The notes beneath the pieces were generated by a model. That model searched no databases. It was not told the DNA's origin and was given only the letters and a program-made list of their open reading frames with translations. A stretch of DNA of 62,479 nt, filler included, from Globobulimina sp. (lineage: Eukaryota), in the NCBI GenBank assembly GCA_003354225.1. It is 14 parts of 14 records of this genome, joined end to end, with 100 filler letters (N's around TTAATTAATTAA, not from the genome) between each part and the next. Parts side by side here need not be neighbours in the genome. Positions count along the whole stretch, not along the records: positions 58,120 to 62,479 come from PIVH01001315.1; 13 more parts are not named here. One strand, written 5' to 3'. This document shows, piece by piece, positions 58,229-62,479 of this stretch. Each line of letters opens with the position of its first letter. Position 1 is the stretch's first letter. A program made the translations under genes and the position numbers.

Positions 58229-59326
58229 ATGGAAGTGGAAAAAAAACACTTTCAATTTGCTGGTAAATCTACCAACATCCGTCTCTCCCCAGTTCCTCCT
58301 GAGTTCACTGAATCCGATATCTATGATTGGATCCAATCGTTAACAGACAAGACCCCGTTATCCATCGATGTGCGCCGGTTTATGCGCAACAAAGTCCACC
58401 GTTTATGCGTTTATCGTATCGTATTTGCATCAATTGATGATGCATCATTTTGTGCGAGCAAACTCAATCGACAAACAATACCCAACACTGGCTTTATCTG
58501 TCAATGTTCCGTGGCCGCACCATGGCGAATCGCAGTGAACAGAAATGACATCCCCCGCGATACCACGATATGGGTAAAGTTGACGGGTTTATCCAAAAGC
58601 ACCACCGAACAGGACATAATATCGCATATCCAGCAGAAAAGTGGCATTGCCAATGAACCAAAAACTATCCGTTTGGTACAGCATGAAAACGAGAAGTATC
58701 CCGGTCTTGCCTTTGTAGAGTGTGCGAACAGTGAGGATGCCACCAAATGTGTGGAGAATTTGCTGTTAACCACGTTGTGTGGCAGTAAAGTTTGGTGCGA
58801 CTGGAGGCCACCACTCAGAAAACTGAATCGCAAGGAAAAGTTGGCTGGGAAAACCAGCTCACTTTTGGTGGTTAATTTGCATTCTTCGCTTAAGAGCGCA
58901 GATGTGGTACGTTTATGCGAGAAGTATGGGGAGGTGATGGATGTGGATCTATGGGTTGATAGGTCTGGATATCCCAAAGGCAGTGCCCAGGTCAGGATGG
59001 AGACTGTTGATGAGGCACAGAACGCATTTGAAGGTTTACATGGCGAGAAAGTGAAAGGTTTGTCGTTGGATACTGCGTATTTTTTGGCGACATCAAAAGA
59101 GATCGAGAAACGTAAGAATCGACAGAAGAAACAAAAGGAACTTAAGAAAGTGCTTATTAAAAGTAAGAAAATTCAAAAAAAGAAAGGAAAAGGAAAAGGA
59201 AAAAGACATGGCAGTAAAAGTGTGTTAAAGAAAGATAGTAATACAAGTATTGCATTAACAAAAAAAACAGCGAGAGGAAAAGGAAAAGGAAGGAGAAGGG
59301 GACCAAAAATGGCTGGTTGGTTATGA
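58229..59326 (+). CDS. Three-RRM RNA-binding protein with basic/Gly-rich tail, paralog 1
   Basis: RNP-like motifs VKLTGL...GLAFVE and LLVVNL...KGSAQV; KGKGRRRG tail. Confidence 0.88.
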   Translation: MEVEKKHFQFAGKSTNIRLSPVPPEFTESDIYDWIQSLTDKTPLSIDVRRFMRNKVHRLCVYRIVFASIDDASFCASKLNRQTIPNTGFICQCSVAAPWRIAVNRNDIPRDTTIWVKLTGLSKSTTEQDIISHIQQKSGIANEPKTIRLVQHENEKYPGLAFVECANSEDATKCVENLLLTTLCGSKVWCDWRPPLRKLNRKEKLAGKTSSLLVVNLHSSLKSADVVRLCEKYGEVMDVDLWVDRSGYPKGSAQVRMETVDEAQNAFEGLHGEKVKGLSLDTAYFLATSKEIEKRKNRQKKQKELKKVLIKSKKIQKKKGKGKGKRHGSKSVLKKDSNTSIALTKKTARGKGKGRRRGPKMAGWL

Positions 59327-59876
59327 CAAAGCTTTATCATGACTTTTTTTTCTTTATCATGACTTTTTTTCTTATCATAACATTTATTCTTTTTGTGAAT
59401 TGTGTAGTTACTGTAGTATATAAAGTTGATTTGTTAATTAAAGTTGAATTATTGATAAGTTTTAAGTTAATTTGTACGGAAAAGTTGATTAAAGTCATTT
59501 TATAGTAGCGGGGCCACATTCAGCCAGGATCTAAGTCTGGCTCCATACTCACCGATTGCGTAAACATCCCGGCGAGGATATTTATTGCTTTGTGCAGTTT
59601 TCATCTTAGAAATTTATATGCACACATCCTACGTACAAGAATACTAAAATCCTGCCTTTCATTTATTTGTCAGATGTCTAGAATTGATGATTTTCTTCTA
59701 AACTAAAAAAAAAAATCCTTTTAACATCTTTTTTGCATTCCGCTCACGTTCAAGTTCAATTCACCATCAATCCAACGAGTATGTCACTGTCATTTACATT
59801 CGGCAAAACCAATGGATGGTAACCATCCACAACAACAACAACACCACACAAAAACACTTTTCCTTTTACACACAGA

Positions 59877-61105
59877 ATGGAAGTAGAAAACAACGAAGAC
59901 TCATTCCTTGAGGACTCTGTAGACACTGACGACTCCCAAACCCAAACAGAAACACAAAGTTAAACCAACATTCATAAACAAAACCTGTCTGTGCAAGGAT
60001 TGATGAGTCAGTTAACAAATAAATAAAAAACCAAAACTCAGCAAAACCAAAAAGAGAACAAGCAAAAGAGCAAACAAAAGAGCAAACATCCGCCACCGTC
60101 CGTCTCTGTCCACTCCCTATAGGTTTCTCTGAATCCGATGTATGTGAATGGATCCAATCATTGACAGGCAAGACCCCCAAATGCATCGCTGTTCGCTATC
60201 TCAAAAGCAAACGCTCAAGAGGCAAATTTCGTCCCACTACGCAAGATTCGTTCATCGTATTTGACTCAATTGCTGATGCATCATTTTGTGTGCCCAAAAT
60301 CGACGGACAAACCATACCCAACGCTGAAGTAGCCTGCCAGTGCCAAGTCACCTCACCAACACAGGTCAAAAATACTGATCTCAGTGGCACCACCTCGTGG
60401 ATGATAATGAGTGGTTTATCCCAACGCACCACCGAACAGGATATATTATCGCATATCCAGCAGAAAAGTGGCATTACCAACAAACCAAAAACAATCCGTT
60501 TGGTACAGCATGACAACGCGAAATTTTCTGGCCGTGCTTTTGTAGAGTGTGCGAATCCGGAGGATGCCACCAAATGTGTGGAGAATATGCAGTTAACGAC
60601 GTTGTGTGGCAGTAAAATTTGGTGCTATTATCGAATCGTAAAGAGCGGATTTAATCGCAGGGAAGCCTTAGCAAATGACAGCAGTTCCATACTTTTGGTG
60701 AATTTACATTATTCATTATGTGACGAAGATGTGTGTGCTTTATGTGACAAATATGGGGAGGTGAAAGATGTGGTTATATGGTATGACAGCGCTGGATATC
60801 GAAAAGGAATGGCGGTTGTGACTATGGGTAGTACTGAAGCGGCAACCAAAGTCTATGAAGGTTTACATGGCGAGAAAGTGAAGAATTTGGAGCTGATTAC
60901 CTCTTATTTCAAAATCAGAGAAAACAAAGTCAAACAACCGAAGAGAACTGGTGGTAAACGTGATTCGTTAAAGGAAAAGATTGTTAAAAGTAAGAACATT
61001 AAAAAAAAATTGCAATCTGATAATAGTACAAAATCGGATATAAAAATGAAGAGCGGAAGAGGAAGAGGAAAAGGAAAAGGAAGAAGTGGACCAAAAATTG
61101 CATAG
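59877..61105 (+). CDS. Three-RRM RNA-binding protein, tandem paralog 2
   Basis: ATG at 59877 (MEVE), phase-1 intron 59959-60041; shares TTEQDI.SHIQQKSGI.N.PKTIRLVQH and EGLHGEKVK with paralog 1. Confidence 0.88.
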
Positions 61106-61455
61106 ATTTGTGAATTGTGTAGTATATAAAGTTGATTTGTTAATTAAAGTTGAATTATTGATAAGTTTTAAATTAATTTGTACGTTGAAGTTGATTACAG
61201 TCATTTTATTCAATTTTTATTGCTGTTTTTGGTAACCTGCCTTGGCCTTTTATTGCTTTATGCAGTTTTAGCTGCTAATAAACTTTAAATCTTAAAATTT
61301 GATATTTTGATATATATATATATATGTGTGTTGTGCGAGGATAGCTGTAACGATATATTCCGCATATTGGCATGGGATGGGGGTTACGCACCGGAACTCA
61401 TTGTTTAAATTTATATCTTCTAACGTACTGTTGTCAAAATAGTCTTATATCAAAC

Positions 61456-62385
61456 ATGGCACTTAGAACACCTAAAAAAAGGAAAAAGGTGTCGTTTATG
61501 ATGGACGCAACTGGTTTTAATTTTAGCCCATCAAAAGAAAGGCCACATCTGCAAAATGATCATAGTCATAGTGACAGCCATGTGTGTATAATAATATTCT
61601 AACACCAAAACAATAATATATAATATTACAATACATGACAGCATTGGAGGGCTTTTGGCTCGTTATCCAAATCAGAGTTTTCTTTCATGAGTGACAGATC
61701 GTCATTTGCAGCAAGTTTAAATACATTAAGTGATGATAGTATGTGGTTAGCCGATCCTGAACATCGTATACTAGAAACAGAGCAAAAATTAGATTTTAGC
61801 AAGGAAGAAAACAACAACGTTCAAGGATTTACATTTGGAAACAGCGCAAAGACTAAAACTAATCATATACAAAATAAACCGCGAACAATCTCGGTGACAT
61901 CGCCATCGTTTAGCAGCAAACATAGCAAATCAGCACATTCCATTACATTTTCATCGACAATCTCATTGTACACCGATACAGAAAAGAAACAGAATTCGTT
62001 ATTATTCTATGATTTATGGGGTGTGCCAGCAACAGAGGAACGATCACGTGGATCGCGCGCAGACTCAACCTCTGAGTCTGAAGACAATCATCAATATACA
62101 CATCATACCAATACATCCACGTCGTTATCGGGCTTAATTGCGTCGGGGGATATTGGTAGAAAGCAATCCACCACAATTACCATAATGAGTGATGCCATCG
62201 ATGAGGAGGACGAATGGAGTGAGTGCGAGAATGAATGGAGTGACAGTGACATGCCGCTCACACAATTAATATCCACTAAAAAACGCAGTCATAGTGTGAC
62301 AACGCATAAATTTAGAAAACGAAAATCCACTCTCACTGATAACTTTATATTTGGTGGTATGAGCTCGAGTACACTTAACAAATAA
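61456..62385 (+). CDS. Ser/Thr-rich low-complexity hypothetical protein, 2 exons
   Basis: MALRTPKKRKKVSF... joined in frame by a GT-AG intron (about 61582-61640) to ORF 61687..62385. Confidence 0.6.
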
Positions 62386-62479
62386 ATCAATGTTTAAACA
62401 TATTAACTTATATAATGACTTGGCGAGAACGTACGTAAATAATTGTTAGTGTCCTTCCTTCTCTCCCGTTTTTTTTTTT

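Noticed and set aside
1198-62385. Genome-wide ciliate-type code (TAA/TAG = Gln)
   Set aside because: TAA, TAG and TGA all end recognisable genes at expected positions, and long AT-rich ORFs use CAA without internal TAA; only three internal TAAs were seen.

Overview
This is not one locus. It is 14 unrelated ~4.36-4.38 kb contigs, ordered by decreasing length and joined by 13 artificial 100-bp spacers (N44-TTAATTAATTAA-N44). The DNA is AT-rich, gene-dense and eukaryotic, with short spliceosomal introns. Gene content (MATH, SAM, SPRY-like, RGS, MYND, a 'L.C.GYIR...P.DL...C..YY' N-terminal motif) suggests a foraminiferan/rhizarian protist; this is inference. About 35 genes are recognisable, including DPH6, RPP30, NudC-family, POL5/MYBBP1A, CDC123, G-protein beta, AUH-like hydratase, GH27, a cyclic-nucleotide PDE, a sphingosine-kinase-like gene and a receptor tyrosine kinase. 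There is also an SRP (7SL) RNA gene with an inverted sister copy, and three mobile-element classes: a CRE-like non-LTR RT-RLE element, a KDZ/CxC5 element and a Mutator/NOF-like DDE transposase. Top leads: (1) a 4,248-bp circular or tandem unit carrying an intron-containing Mutator/NOF-like transposase with no visible TIRs; (2) in-frame TAA codons, one replacing the conserved Gln of IGPYSQA in DPH6; (3) an intron-containing membrane protein ending in a bacterial-type 7(1)-knot-like domain; (4) a divergent Bmt5-like Rossmann fold fused to three MBT/Tudor repeats; (5) head-to-head SRP RNA genes with an extra helix. All family calls come from motif recognition by eye; no searches were run.
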